Assembly (NCBI GenBank): GCA_026388185.1
Contig: JAPLKG010000003.1
Location: 22,871 to 86,870, forward strand
Direction: 5' to 3'
DNA: 64,000 nt
DNA from: Candidatus Eiseniibacteriota bacterium
Lineage (GTDB): Bacteria; Eisenbacteria; RBG-16-71-46; JAFGJU01
Part shown: one piece after another, positions 38,370 to 48,644 of the stretch
Layout of the letters: the number at the start of each line of letters is the position of its first letter
Numbering within the stretch: the stretch's first letter is position 1
The notes under the pieces: generated by a model
Database searches by the model: none
What the model was told of the DNA's origin: nothing
What the model saw: only the letters and a program-made list of their open reading frames with translations
Program-made: the position numbers and the translations under genes

Positions 38370-39670
38370 TGGACGGGACAGACGAGGGAGCAGAGGTTGC
38401 ATCCCACACACTGAGTTTGGTCCACCCAGGGGACTCTGTAGCCCGTTCTCGCTGTAGATACGGAGTGGGCTCTTCTTCTCGACGAGTCCGCACTCCCAGG
38501 CGACGCCGTTTCGGTTGCGGCCGCCAATCGTTCCGTTATGATCGGACGGCGCGGCGCCAAGTGGCCGGGCGTCAACGCGTCTTCCGGAAGGTGTATTGCG
38601 CTGTGACCTCCGTCCCTGCATGAGACGTAGCAGACCTGGCAACCGATGCAGGTGTCGGGGTCAATGTCGGCCGCCACTTTGTAGCCCAACTCGAGTTCCC
38701 CCCACTCCCCCACGGTCCTTGCGACACGACCGATCAGTTCGTTGACCGAGGTCATTTCCTTTTCGTCGAGGTAGTTCGAGAGGCCTTCGACGAGGTCTTC
38801 GATGATTCGGAATCCGTGATGCATGACCGCCGTGCAGATCTGGACGCTGGTCGAGCCGAGGGCAATGAATTCTGCCGCGTCCCGCCACGTGTTTATTCCG
38901 CCGATTCCGGAGATGGGAACGCTTATTCTTGGGTCGCGCGCGAGCGCACTCACCATGTGAAGCGCTATGGGCTTCACGGCGGGGCCGGAGTATCCCCCGG
39001 GGGTACCGCGACCGGCCACGGAGGGGACTGGCACAAGCCTGTCCAAGTCAACGCCGATCATGCTTCTCACGGTGTTGATGAGAACAAGCCCGTCGGCTCC
39101 GGCCTCAACTGCGGCAGTCGCAGGTTCTCTTATGTCTGTGATATTCGGAGTGAGCTTGACCAGCACAGGAACTCTTGCCGCTTTCTTGACCCACGAAGTG
39201 ATCTTGCGCACGACCGCGGGCTCCTGCCCGACGGCGGAGCCCATGCCGCGTTCGCACATCCCGTGAGGGCACCCGAAGTTGAGCTCGAGGCCGTCGGCTC
39301 CCGCGTCTTCGGAGCGCCGGACCATGTCGTGCCACTCCTTCTCGGAGTCAAGCATGAGAGAGGCAACGACCGCTCTGTCTGGGAAACGCTTCTTCACTTC
39401 CGCGATCTCTCTGAAATTCGTCTCGATCGGCCTGTCGCTTATGAGCTCGATGTTGCTCAGGCCGACCATCCTGCGATCGGCTTCGTCCAAGCCTCCGAGC
39501 CTGCTCGAAACGTTCACGATGGGTCGACCGATGGTCTTCCACACCGCGCCCCCCCAACCCATTTCGAAGGCTCGCGCGACTTGCTCGCCGGTGTTTGTGG
39601 GCGGCCCGGACGCGAGCCAGAACGGATTGGGACTCTTTATGCCTGCGAAGTTGATGGAGAGATTCGCCAT
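38330..39670 (-). CDS. preA: NAD-dependent dihydropyrimidine dehydrogenase subunit PreA
   Basis: NPFWLASGPPT, ELNFGCPHGMCERGMGSAVGQ, KLTPNITDI, two CxxCxxC ferredoxin motifs. Confidence 0.93.
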   Translation of the reverse strand: MANLSINFAGIKSPNPFWLASGPPTNTGEQVARAFEMGWGGAVWKTIGRPIVNVSSRLGGLDEADRRMVGLSNIELISDRPIETNFREIAEVKKRFPDRAVVASLMLDSEKEWHDMVRRSEDAGADGLELNFGCPHGMCERGMGSAVGQEPAVVRKITSWVKKAARVPVLVKLTPNITDIREPATAAVEAGADGLVLINTVRSMIGVDLDRLVPVPSVAGRGTPGGYSGPAVKPIALHMVSALARDPRISVPISGIGGINTWRDAAEFIALGSTSVQICTAVMHHGFRIIEDLVEGLSNYLDEKEMTSVNELIGRVARTVGEWGELELGYKVAADIDPDTCIGCQVCYVSCRDGGHSAIHLPEDALTPGHLAPRRPIITERLAAATETASPGSADSSRRRAHSVSTARTGYRVPWVDQTQCVGCNLCSLVCPVHGCITMREIASKQ

Positions 39671-39679
39671 GGACTGCAA

Positions 39680-40993
39680 CTAGCCTTTCAACGTCTTGTC
39701 GATCTCTATGGCCGCACGCTTTCCATCGGCGACGGCATTCACGACTTCCTTCCCGCCGTTTACGCAATCGCCTCCCGCGAAAATCCTGGGATTGCCCGTG
39801 CGACCGGTCTTCTCGTCTACGATGACGCGTCCGTTCGAATCACATTTCACGCCAGGAAACTTGGAAACAACGCCTGCTTCTCCCGCCTGGCCGATCGCGA
39901 TGACGACCATCTGCGCCTCGAATTCGCGTTCCGTGCCGGGAACGGGGCGCGCCTTCTCTGCGCGCGCCACAACGAGCCCCTTCAGTCGTCCTTTTTCCTC
40001 GAGTATTCGAACGGGCAAAGTCTTCTCGATGAATCGCACGCCCGCCGCCCTAGCGGCCTTGAGCTCGTGTGCGTAACCAGGCATCTCACTCTCGGTGCGC
40101 CTGTAAAGTATGCTGACGTCCGCGACACCCAAGTGCGCGAGTTCCCTTGCGACGTCGGTGGCCGTGTTCCCGCCTCCAATGACGGCGGCGCTCTCCAGTC
40201 CGTCAAGGCTAAGGCTCGCGTCGAGCTTGATTCTTTCGATCATTTCGATCGCGCTGAGAACGCCGGGGACATTCTCGCCGGGTATGCCGAGTGAGCTGTC
40301 TTTGCCCATCCCCACACCTACGAAAACCGCGTCGTATTCCGTGACAAGGCGCTCGCAGGACACGTCTTTGCCTATTTCAACACCGGTCCTCAGCTCGATT
40401 CCCGACGAGAGAATCCACTCGGTCTCCCGCAGGCAGTCGTGAGCGTGCATCTTGTAAGGCGCGATGCCGGACAAGTTGAGCCCGCCAGGAACGGCGCGTT
40501 TCTCAAAAATGACGGACTCGTGCCCCAGTCCGACTAGATGGAAGGAACATGCAAGCGACGCGGGACCCGATCCCACGAGAGCGATCTTCCGTCCGGTGCG
40601 CTTCGCGAGAGGCCTTCCGAAAAAGCTCGTCCCAACGAACGGCTCCGTTGCATAACGCTGAAGACGACCTATCTCGATGGGGGGCCGATACTGAAGGCTC
40701 AGAACGCACGCGCCGGCACACAGGACGTCGACCGGACACACCCTCGCACAGGAAAATCCGAGCACGTTGGCTTCCAGAATCGTCCTCGCCGCACCCTTCA
40801 GGTTTCCGGTTGCAATCTTTCTCACGAAACCCGGTACGTCAATCCGCGTAGGACAAGCTTTCGTGCAAGGAGCGTCGTAGCAATACAGGCAGCGCTGAGC
40901 CTCGGCGAGCGCCTCGGCGCGAGAATAGAGCGCCTTTAAATCTGCGAAGACGAGTTCCGTTCTCTGAGAACGAAGCTGGAAACGATCGCTCAT
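39680..40993 (-). CDS. preT: Dihydropyrimidine dehydrogenase subunit PreT (GltD-like)
   Basis: RCLYCYDAPCTKACP, CARVCP, GSGPAS, GGGNTA; adjacent to preA. Confidence 0.88.
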   Translation of the reverse strand: MSDRFQLRSQRTELVFADLKALYSRAEALAEAQRCLYCYDAPCTKACPTRIDVPGFVRKIATGNLKGAARTILEANVLGFSCARVCPVDVLCAGACVLSLQYRPPIEIGRLQRYATEPFVGTSFFGRPLAKRTGRKIALVGSGPASLACSFHLVGLGHESVIFEKRAVPGGLNLSGIAPYKMHAHDCLRETEWILSSGIELRTGVEIGKDVSCERLVTEYDAVFVGVGMGKDSSLGIPGENVPGVLSAIEMIERIKLDASLSLDGLESAAVIGGGNTATDVARELAHLGVADVSILYRRTESEMPGYAHELKAARAAGVRFIEKTLPVRILEEKGRLKGLVVARAEKARPVPGTEREFEAQMVVIAIGQAGEAGVVSKFPGVKCDSNGRVIVDEKTGRTGNPRIFAGGDCVNGGKEVVNAVADGKRAAIEIDKTLKG

Positions 40994-41002
40994 CGGCCTG
41001 CC

Positions 41003-42343
41003 TTAACCTGTTTTCATCGCCGCAAACGCCTCACCCAGAATCTCGATCGCCTCTTCCACCTCCTCCTTAGACACCGTCATTGGCGGAGAAATGCGGATGG
41101 CGTTGCCGTAGAGTCCGCCCTTGCCGATGAGCAAGCCGCGCTTCTTCGTTTCTTCGAACAGCTCGAGCGTTGCTTTGGTGTTCGGAGTCCTGTCCTTCTT
41201 GCTCTCGTCCTCCACAAGTTCTATCGCCTGCATCAGACCCATGCCGCGCACGTCACCGATGACTCGCGGATGCTTGTCCTTGAGGCGCACCAGGCCGGAC
41301 CGCAGCACGGCGCCGACCTGCTCGACGTGAGCGGCCAATTTCTCTTCGCGGATGACCGCCAGCGTGGCGTTTGCAGCGGCGCACGAGACCGGGTTACCGC
41401 CGAACGTGGAAATCGTGAGACCCTTGAGAGAATCCGCCACCGCGGGAATCGCGGTCGTCACGCCGAGAGGAAATCCGTTGGCCACTCCCTTCGCCATCGT
41501 CATTATCTCCGGTAGAACGCCGTAGTGCTCGATGCCGAACATTTTTCCGCCCGTTCGCCCGAACCCCGTCTGGACTTCATCACAAATGAAGACGCCGCCG
41601 TAGCGCCTCACGATCTCGACGGCGATCTTGAAGTACTCTTTCGGGGGAGTCACAAATCCACCCACACCTTGGATCGGCTCCGCCAGGAATCCCGCGATCT
41701 GCCCGACGGTGGTCGTGCGTATCAATTCCTCGATGTCGCGGGCACATTTCATGTCGCACGAAGGGTAGTTCAATCCAAACGCGCACCTGTAACAGTACGG
41801 AGAGACGGCGTGCTTTATGGCGCCCACCTGGGTGGGCAGGACTCTCCACGGCGCGTGGGCCGTGAGTGCCTGGGCAAGCATGGACCTGCCGGAATACCCG
41901 TGGCGTAAAGCTACGATTTCCTGGCGCCCCGTGTAGACCTGGGCCAGCATGACGGCGGTTTCGTCCGCCTCCGTTCCGGAAGCGGTGAAGAAAGATTTCT
42001 TGAGCTCTCCCGGCGTGATCGCGGCGATCGTCTCTGCGAGCTCGACGGCGGGAATCGTCTGGTACAGGGTAGAAGTGTGCACCAGCTTGTCGATCTGCTC
42101 TTTCGCCGCGGCGGATACGCGCGGATGCGCGTGCCCGATCGAGACGGTCAGAATTCCTCCGAAGAAGTCGAGATACTCCGTTCCTTCCACGTCGGTGACG
42201 TGCCTGCCCTTTCCCTCGACGAGCACGAGAGGGTCCTTGTAGTAAGTGATTACGCTCGGGAAGAGGAACTGTTTTTGTTTCTCGTGTATGTTCTGCGCGC
42301 TGCCCACGATTCCGCTACCCGCTCCCTGCTTCTGTTGTGCCAT
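41003..42343 (-). CDS. Class III PLP aminotransferase (probable beta-alanine transaminase)
   Basis: YLDFFGG, EPIQGVGG, DEVQTGFGRTG, MAKG; pathway context. Confidence 0.88.
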   Translation of the reverse strand: MAQQKQGAGSGIVGSAQNIHEKQKQFLFPSVITYYKDPLVLVEGKGRHVTDVEGTEYLDFFGGILTVSIGHAHPRVSAAAKEQIDKLVHTSTLYQTIPAVELAETIAAITPGELKKSFFTASGTEADETAVMLAQVYTGRQEIVALRHGYSGRSMLAQALTAHAPWRVLPTQVGAIKHAVSPYCYRCAFGLNYPSCDMKCARDIEELIRTTTVGQIAGFLAEPIQGVGGFVTPPKEYFKIAVEIVRRYGGVFICDEVQTGFGRTGGKMFGIEHYGVLPEIMTMAKGVANGFPLGVTTAIPAVADSLKGLTISTFGGNPVSCAAANATLAVIREEKLAAHVEQVGAVLRSGLVRLKDKHPRVIGDVRGMGLMQAIELVEDESKKDRTPNTKATLELFEETKKRGLLIGKGGLYGNAIRISPPMTVSKEEVEEAIEILGEAFAAMKTG

Positions 42344-42382
42344 TTCAAACCTCCGTTACGAACCGAATGTAGGTTTTCACCA

Positions 42383-43762
42383 TCACCTCACGGGTCTCTT
42401 CATGAATCGACCGGCTCCCCTATCAACCTTCAGGCCGGCCTCGGAGAAGGCGACCCTGCCACCGAGAATGACTCGTGCAACGCGTCCTTTGACGGCGAAG
42501 CCTTCGTAAATGTTGCGGTCACACCTCTGGTGGTGAGTAGAGGCGGAAATCCTGGTCTCGCCCGACGGATCGTAGACGACGATGTCCGCGTCCGCCCCGA
42601 CCAAGAGAGAACCCTTGCGCGGATAGAGACCGAATATCTTTGCCGGTCGCGTCGAGACGAGATCTACAAAGCGATTCAGATCGATCTTGCCCGCGCATAC
42701 TCCGTAAGAATAGAGAAGCGCCAGCCTGTCCTCGACGCCGGCGGCGCCGTTTGGAATCTTCGTGAAATCGTTTCTTCCCATCTCCTTCTGACCTTTGAGA
42801 TTGAAGGGACAGTGGTCGGTGCCGACGGTGTCGATTATGCGCGCTTGAATGCCTCCCCAAAGTGCGTCTTGATGCCCCTTCGGCCTGATCGGAGGGGACA
42901 TGACGTAAGCCGCTCCCTCGAAATTCGGTTTCTTGTAAACCTCGTCGTCAAGAAGCAGGTATTGAGGGCAGGTTTCGCCGTACACCTCCTGGCCTCTGAG
43001 CTTTGCTTCGGTCACCGCCTCCAGCGCTTCGCGGCAGGTCATGTGAACGACGTAGAGCTTCTGCCCAACGGCACGGCCGATCATTATGGCGCGATGGGTG
43101 GCCTCACCCTCGACAAAGCTGGGCCTCGAGATGGGATGATAATACGGCTCGGTCTTGCCTTCGCAGATGAGTCTCCTCTGGAGGTTGGCGACGACGTCTC
43201 CGTGCTCGGCGTGGATCATGGTCAAGCCTCCCGCCATGCGGGTGAAGCTCATGATCTTGAATAGCTCGTCATCATCCACGCCGATGGCGCCCTTGTAAGC
43301 CATGAAGCTCTTGAACGAAGTTATGCCCTCGTCCCGCACGCAACTTGCGATTTCCTCGCCGGTCTTCTCTCCGAACCAGGTGACGGCCATGTGCAACGCG
43401 TAATCGCTCACCGCCTTCTGGGCCCTTCCCATCCAGACTTTGAGACCTTCGTGAAGCGACTGGCCGCGGCCGGGAATGGCCACGTCGATGATTGTCGTCG
43501 TTCCGCCGGCGACCGCTGCCGCGCTTCCGGTCTCGAAATCGTCGGAAGATTCGGTTCCCATGAACGGGAGTTCCATGTGGACATGAGGGTCGACACCTCC
43601 GGGAAAGACAAGCGCTCCCGACGCATCGACGACGTCGTCCTTCGCGCTCCGCTTCTCGATGGACGGACCGATGGCGGCTATCTTCCCGTTCTCACAGTAG
43701 ATGTCTCCGACGAAACGCTCGGCGGCAGTAGCGATTTCGCCATTCTTTATGAGAAGACCCAT
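42383..43762 (-). CDS. hydA: Dihydropyrimidinase
   Basis: PGGVDPHVH, SFKSFMAYKG, HAE, ETCPQYL, TDHCPF, IPNG. Confidence 0.93.
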   Translation of the reverse strand: MGLLIKNGEIATAAERFVGDIYCENGKIAAIGPSIEKRSAKDDVVDASGALVFPGGVDPHVHMELPFMGTESSDDFETGSAAAVAGGTTTIIDVAIPGRGQSLHEGLKVWMGRAQKAVSDYALHMAVTWFGEKTGEEIASCVRDEGITSFKSFMAYKGAIGVDDDELFKIMSFTRMAGGLTMIHAEHGDVVANLQRRLICEGKTEPYYHPISRPSFVEGEATHRAIMIGRAVGQKLYVVHMTCREALEAVTEAKLRGQEVYGETCPQYLLLDDEVYKKPNFEGAAYVMSPPIRPKGHQDALWGGIQARIIDTVGTDHCPFNLKGQKEMGRNDFTKIPNGAAGVEDRLALLYSYGVCAGKIDLNRFVDLVSTRPAKIFGLYPRKGSLLVGADADIVVYDPSGETRISASTHHQRCDRNIYEGFAVKGRVARVILGGRVAFSEAGLKVDRGAGRFMKRPVR

Positions 43763-43814
43763 TTGGACACTTCCTTTCCGAGATTCACGCGGCTGGCCGC
43801 AAAACCGGCAATCC

Positions 43815-45269
43815 CTAGAACCAGCGCGATATGATGACCCGTTTGTCTGTGAAAAACTCTATGGAATCGCGTCCGTGCGCCTTGAGATCTCCGAAGAACG
43901 AACCCTTCGATCCGCCGAACGTAAAGAACGCCATCGGAGCGGCGATGCCGATGTTTATCCCGATCATGCTTATTCCAACGTTGTACGCGAATTTTCTCGC
44001 GTGACCGCCATTCTGCGTGAATATGGAGGTCGCGTTTCCAAACTCCGACCGAGAGATCATATCGAGGGCTTCCTGGAGCGATTTGGCCCGCATGAGGCAC
44101 ACAACCGGTCCAAAGATCTCTTCCTTCGCGATCGACATGGAGGGAGTGACTTTCTCAAACACGGTCGGCCCGACAAAGTAACCCTTGGGACAATCCGCGA
44201 CCTTGCATCCCCTGCCGTCAAGAAGAAGCTTTGCGCCTTCGCGCACCGCAGAGTCAATGTGGGCCACGATCTTGTCTCTGTGCTTCTTCGAGATGACGGG
44301 GCCCATCGTCGTCTTCTCGTCGAGTCCGTTCCCCACGACGATCTTTCGTGCCGCCCGGAGAAACTTCTCTTTGAAGGCTTCATACACGTCTCCGACAGCC
44401 ACTATGAGACTCCCGGCCAGGCAACGTTCTCCGGCGCATCCGAAACAGGAATCAATGAGTGTCGCGACGGTATTGTCAAGGTCGGCATCGGGCATCACGA
44501 CGAGAAAATTCTTTGCCCCACCGAGCGCCTGGACGCGCTTGCCGTGTAGAGAAGCGGTAGAATAGACGTAGCGAGCCACGGGGCTCGACCCCACGAAGGA
44601 GATGCCGCACACATCCGGATGTTCAAGAAGCGCATCGACCGCCTCCTTCGCTCCGTTCACGAGGTTCACCACTCCCGGCGGAAAGCCGACGTCGTGCATG
44701 AGCTCGAAGATGCGGTTCTGACAAAGCGGGGTCTGCTCCGACGGCTTCACGACGAACGTGTTGCCGCAGGCCATGGCGTAAGGAAAGAACCAGAGGGGCA
44801 CCATTGCGGGAAAATTGAAGGGCGTCACGCAAGCGAACACGCCGAGAGGCTGCCGCATGGCCACGCAGTCGATATCCTTGGCAATATCTTCCAGGCTGTA
44901 GCCCATCATGAGAGACGGAATCCCCGCGGCGACTTCGACGTTCTCGATTGCCCTGCGCACGCTGCCACGCGCTTCCGGCAGGGTTTTTCCGTTTTCTTTC
45001 ACAAGAAGCCGCGAGATGTCCTCGAAGTTCTCTTCGAATAGGTTCTTGAACTTGAAAAAGTAACGGGCACGAACCAGGGGCGGAGTCTCTCTCCACTGCG
45101 AAAACGCTTTCCGGGCAAGAGAGACGGCTTTGTTGACCTCTTCCCGCGTCGAGAGAGGAACGCGCGCAATAATCTCGTCCGTGGCCGGATTTCTTACGTC
45201 GAGCGCCTTCGTGGACTTTGAGCTGACCCACTTTCCTCCGACGTAGTTGCGAATGGTTTCGATTGGCAT
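43815..45269 (-). CDS. mmsA: CoA-acylating (methyl)malonate-semialdehyde dehydrogenase
   Basis: PFNFPAMVPLW, KPSE, FVGS, GGAKN, GERCLA, EEIFGPV, SFFGDL. Confidence 0.92.
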   Translation of the reverse strand: MPIETIRNYVGGKWVSSKSTKALDVRNPATDEIIARVPLSTREEVNKAVSLARKAFSQWRETPPLVRARYFFKFKNLFEENFEDISRLLVKENGKTLPEARGSVRRAIENVEVAAGIPSLMMGYSLEDIAKDIDCVAMRQPLGVFACVTPFNFPAMVPLWFFPYAMACGNTFVVKPSEQTPLCQNRIFELMHDVGFPPGVVNLVNGAKEAVDALLEHPDVCGISFVGSSPVARYVYSTASLHGKRVQALGGAKNFLVVMPDADLDNTVATLIDSCFGCAGERCLAGSLIVAVGDVYEAFKEKFLRAARKIVVGNGLDEKTTMGPVISKKHRDKIVAHIDSAVREGAKLLLDGRGCKVADCPKGYFVGPTVFEKVTPSMSIAKEEIFGPVVCLMRAKSLQEALDMISRSEFGNATSIFTQNGGHARKFAYNVGISMIGINIGIAAPMAFFTFGGSKGSFFGDLKAHGRDSIEFFTDKRVIISRWF

Positions 45270-45532
45270 TTTTACCTCTTTCTTGGAATCTGCCCTTGCC
45301 GGTCCTAGATCGCTCTGACTGGCGCGGAATCCATCCTTGCCGGCGTACGGTTTGCAAGAAGCGGCCCCAGAAAGGGCCGACCTCATCTTTCATGCTAAGT
45401 TGGTCGTCCTCTGAAGTCAAGACCGAACATGTGGATAGCTGTCTGAAGCGCACGGCCACTAGCGAACCGGTGCAAAGTCAGTGCCGCCCAGGATCGAACT
45501 TATGGATGGCGTAGGTTATCGCAAGATTGTTA

Positions 45533-45562
45533 TTGACTTACGAGGTCAAGGTGTCGTATAAT
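45533..45562 (+). promoter_or_regulatory. Promoter with palindrome over the -35
   Basis: TTGACT-N18-TATAAT; TTGAC-N7-GTCAA at 45533-45549. Confidence 0.65.
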
Positions 45563-45972
45563 CGCGGTCGCTTGCGGGTCACAAATGACTGGCCCTGTGC
45601 GCCTGGGGAGCACCCTGTAGAGATCGCGTAAGCGGCTGACGCATTCCGCAGCAGCCGTGTGTCGCCAACCTCCGTTACTGGCGCGTAGCTCTCTGCTCCC
45701 GCTGGTGTAGCTTCCTCGAATTCTCACGCGACTGTGTAATGCCCTGTCACAGGAGGAGGCTTCCGTCTTGCCTGCACACAGTTCCGGGATACCTGCGCAA
45801 TTTGGACAACAGATCGACAATCGACTTCAACGCGCTTTCCGTCTGGCATTCGTTTCTGCGAGGGAGGTGATCCGGCGTAGAGGAAAATGCTTCAGTTTTC
45901 GCCGCGTGTTGTATCACATCACTCTAACAGTGCGTACGAATCCGGGATTTCATGGATTCGGGAGGTCAAATC

Positions 45973-47169
45973 ATGAAGGGAAGAACCTTGGTGACGGGGA
46001 TTCTGGGGTTGGCCCTGCTGCTATTTTCTTTTCCGGCGTCGGCGCAGCCAATGGCCGACTATGGGGATGCGCCTGATCCGGCGTTCCCGTCGCTCTTCGC
46101 CAGCAGCGGCCCCCGGCACACGAATGTAGGGGATTGCTTTGTTGGGTGGACGTCAACAACGGAGCCAAACGCCCTGATTCCGGACCTGGACGCCGATGAC
46201 GGCGCCCCGCTGATATTCGCAAACTACACACCCTCGGGCTGGACGGCGTGGGTCTACGTGCCGATCACGATCGCCCAAGGCGCTCAGGCGAAGCCCCGTT
46301 ACTTGAACGTCCTTCTTGACGCGAATTCCAGCGGAAGCTGGTGCGACGTACCTGGAGAGTGGATTGTCCGCAATTTCCCACTTCCGACAACATACTACTA
46401 TGTCCACTTTCCCGGGCAAACGGTGTGGTACTGCATAGGCGGCTACACCGGCGTGGCTAACTACAGTGGCATGCACTGGCTGCGTGTCACGCTCAGTGAC
46501 GCGATGGTCACCCCCGATCTCCCGATGATGGGATGGAGTGGGCGCGTCTCGAGCAGTTTCCTAATCGGTGAGACCGAGGACTGGCTGCTTCAGTGGTACT
46601 ACAATCCTCCTAAACCACCGGACCCACCCAATCCTCCGCCCAACACGGGCATACCGCCACTCCCGGCACCGGTTCCTGAATGCAACAAGACGGGCGCCGT
46701 TTACCAGTCGCCCCCTCCGACGCACGTCGGGCACTCGGGGACTTTCGACATCGTCGTCGAGAACTCGAGCGTCAACCATCCGATGCACATAGTTGAGGGG
46801 CCGTTCGCGACTGACGTCAACGGGAGTCCGATTGATATCGGTCTGGAGAGTCTAGAAAGCACTTACCTGAACCCGGGACAAAAGGCCACCTCCCACGGGA
46901 GCTGGGATTTCGATAACCCGGGTTCTAACCAGGCATGGTGCAACTGGGACGTCGTGGTCGACCCACAGGGACAGTACATTGTCGTCGCTAACGTGGGCGA
47001 TTACGTTGACGCCACCGGCAATCAGCCGACCGGCGGCAGCTTCCAGGAATCAACACCCACCAAGGTTCCCCTGACGACTCGGACAGGGCTTGTCGTGCTT
47101 CTCGTTACGCTCGGCCTGGTTTCCGCTTATTTCATCGTGAGGAGGCGTGCCCTCGCGTCAGGAAAATAG
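45973..47169 (+). CDS. Secreted GEVED-like domain protein with IPTL-CTERM-like tail
   Basis: Signal peptide, DYGDAP, WLRVTL, GETEDW, Pro-rich linker, KVPLTT + TM helix + RRR. Confidence 0.8.
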   Translation: MKGRTLVTGILGLALLLFSFPASAQPMADYGDAPDPAFPSLFASSGPRHTNVGDCFVGWTSTTEPNALIPDLDADDGAPLIFANYTPSGWTAWVYVPITIAQGAQAKPRYLNVLLDANSSGSWCDVPGEWIVRNFPLPTTYYYVHFPGQTVWYCIGGYTGVANYSGMHWLRVTLSDAMVTPDLPMMGWSGRVSSSFLIGETEDWLLQWYYNPPKPPDPPNPPPNTGIPPLPAPVPECNKTGAVYQSPPPTHVGHSGTFDIVVENSSVNHPMHIVEGPFATDVNGSPIDIGLESLESTYLNPGQKATSHGSWDFDNPGSNQAWCNWDVVVDPQGQYIVVANVGDYVDATGNQPTGGSFQESTPTKVPLTTRTGLVVLLVTLGLVSAYFIVRRRALASGK

Positions 47170-47202
47170 TGATATCCTTTGACTATCGGTGAGGGAAGAA
47201 TC

Positions 47203-47239
47203 GATGGCGGCGGCCTCAGTTCCGCCGCCATCAGTTTTT
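47203..47239 (+). terminator. Rho-independent terminator
   Basis: GATGGCGGCGG / CCGCCGCCATC stem then AGTTTTT. Confidence 0.75.
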
Positions 47240-47291
47240 GTGAGCTGTCGTTAGGGTTTTCTTTGCCTCTGCGTGCAGCGCATGATATTAT

Positions 47292-48623
47292 ATGTGGTTT
47301 CAGTATCGAAGCGTGAATCGCTCCCGGAACGACGGGACCCTCTACGAGTCGATAGTCTCACCGATCAACCTCCGTGAGGGCCAAACGAGAGTTCAGTTGA
47401 ATCGCCATAGCGGTGCCGCCACAAGCGACCGCCCGACGGCCTTCGGCCAAAACCAACCTGGATTGTCATTCACGCTTGGCTCCCTGCTGTGCGTCCTTCT
47501 GCTGGCGGCGCTCTCCGTTCCTCGAGATGCCGTATGCGGACTGGCATGGTCTGAGGCCGAGGTCGTGAACAAAGACGTGATGGCGGCTTTCGCGACTCCG
47601 AACAATGCCCGTTCGATCGAGGTCGATGCAGCGGGCGCGGCCCACATCGTTTTCTCCGGAAACATAGACTTTTACTACAACATTTTCTACAGACAACGCA
47701 GCCGCTCGGGCTGGGGAAGACTTGAGCAGGTAAACGTAAGCGCCTCCACGTCCACCACGCCCACCTTGGCAATCGGGCCCGGAGACGCTGTCTACGTGGT
47801 ATGGTCCGACAATGTGACCGGAAACGGCGACCTCTACTTCTCCGCTCGTCTCGGCGGCAGGTGGACAATCCCCGAGAACTTGACCGCCGATTCGACTTCT
47901 TCTCTCTTCCCCGCTCTCTGCCGAGTCGGAGGCGGAAGACTTCACTTGGTTTGGGAGGACAGGCTGGGAGAATCGTCAAGAATCCTCTATTCTTCTCGAT
48001 TCGGCTCGGAGTGGACTCTCCCCGTTTGCCTGAGCCATGCGGGACGCGGCGCGACCTCACCCGCAATAGACGTTTCGCCTGACGGAACTATTCATTGTGT
48101 CTGGACCGAAGAGGCGAAGGGAAAGAAAGAAATAGTCTACAGAGAGTTCTCAAAGAGATCTTGGAAGAAGTCCGTGCGATTGAGCGAGCCGTCGAGCTCT
48201 GCCAATAGACCCTCTCTGGCCGCAGACAAGGACGGCGGAGTCCACGTCGTCTGGGAAGACCACAGATTTCGCTTGCCCGCAATCTGCTACAGGGAAAGGA
48301 GTGCGAAACACTGGCAACAGGACGTTCTTCTCACGGACGGAAGCTCCAAGGCGTTTAGACCCGCAATCGCAACGGGACCGCGCTCGACTCTTTGTGTCGT
48401 GTGGTATGATAGTAAGTGGGGCGCCACCGACGCGGTCTACCAGAGCAGAAAAGATAGAACCTGGAGTCAACCCTTCAGGCTATCCTGCTCCCCGGCTCCC
48501 ACTTATTTCGCCTCGGTAGCTGCGGGCGACGACGGCTGCGTGCACGCGATCTTTCAGGATCGACAGAGAGGCAACTACGACGTGTATTACAGGAAGGCCG
48601 TGCCGGCAACACAAGCTGAGTGA
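47292..48623 (+). CDS. Secreted beta-propeller repeat protein (BNR/sialidase-like); start uncertain
   Basis: About seven repeats of P.[LI]A....G.[VI]H.VW.D.......[IL].Y......W; hydrophobic signal-like segment. Confidence 0.75.
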   Translation: MWFQYRSVNRSRNDGTLYESIVSPINLREGQTRVQLNRHSGAATSDRPTAFGQNQPGLSFTLGSLLCVLLLAALSVPRDAVCGLAWSEAEVVNKDVMAAFATPNNARSIEVDAAGAAHIVFSGNIDFYYNIFYRQRSRSGWGRLEQVNVSASTSTTPTLAIGPGDAVYVVWSDNVTGNGDLYFSARLGGRWTIPENLTADSTSSLFPALCRVGGGRLHLVWEDRLGESSRILYSSRFGSEWTLPVCLSHAGRGATSPAIDVSPDGTIHCVWTEEAKGKKEIVYREFSKRSWKKSVRLSEPSSSANRPSLAADKDGGVHVVWEDHRFRLPAICYRERSAKHWQQDVLLTDGSSKAFRPAIATGPRSTLCVVWYDSKWGATDAVYQSRKDRTWSQPFRLSCSPAPTYFASVAAGDDGCVHAIFQDRQRGNYDVYYRKAVPATQAE

Positions 48624-48644
48624 TTTCCACCAGGGAGGAAGAAG

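Noticed and set aside
9336..44549. Long antisense ORFs (e.g. 9336-10358, 12869-14233, 18484-19764, 22055-23089, 38816-40294, 42077-43264)
   Set aside because: Expected shadows of GC-rich coding genes; no family motifs
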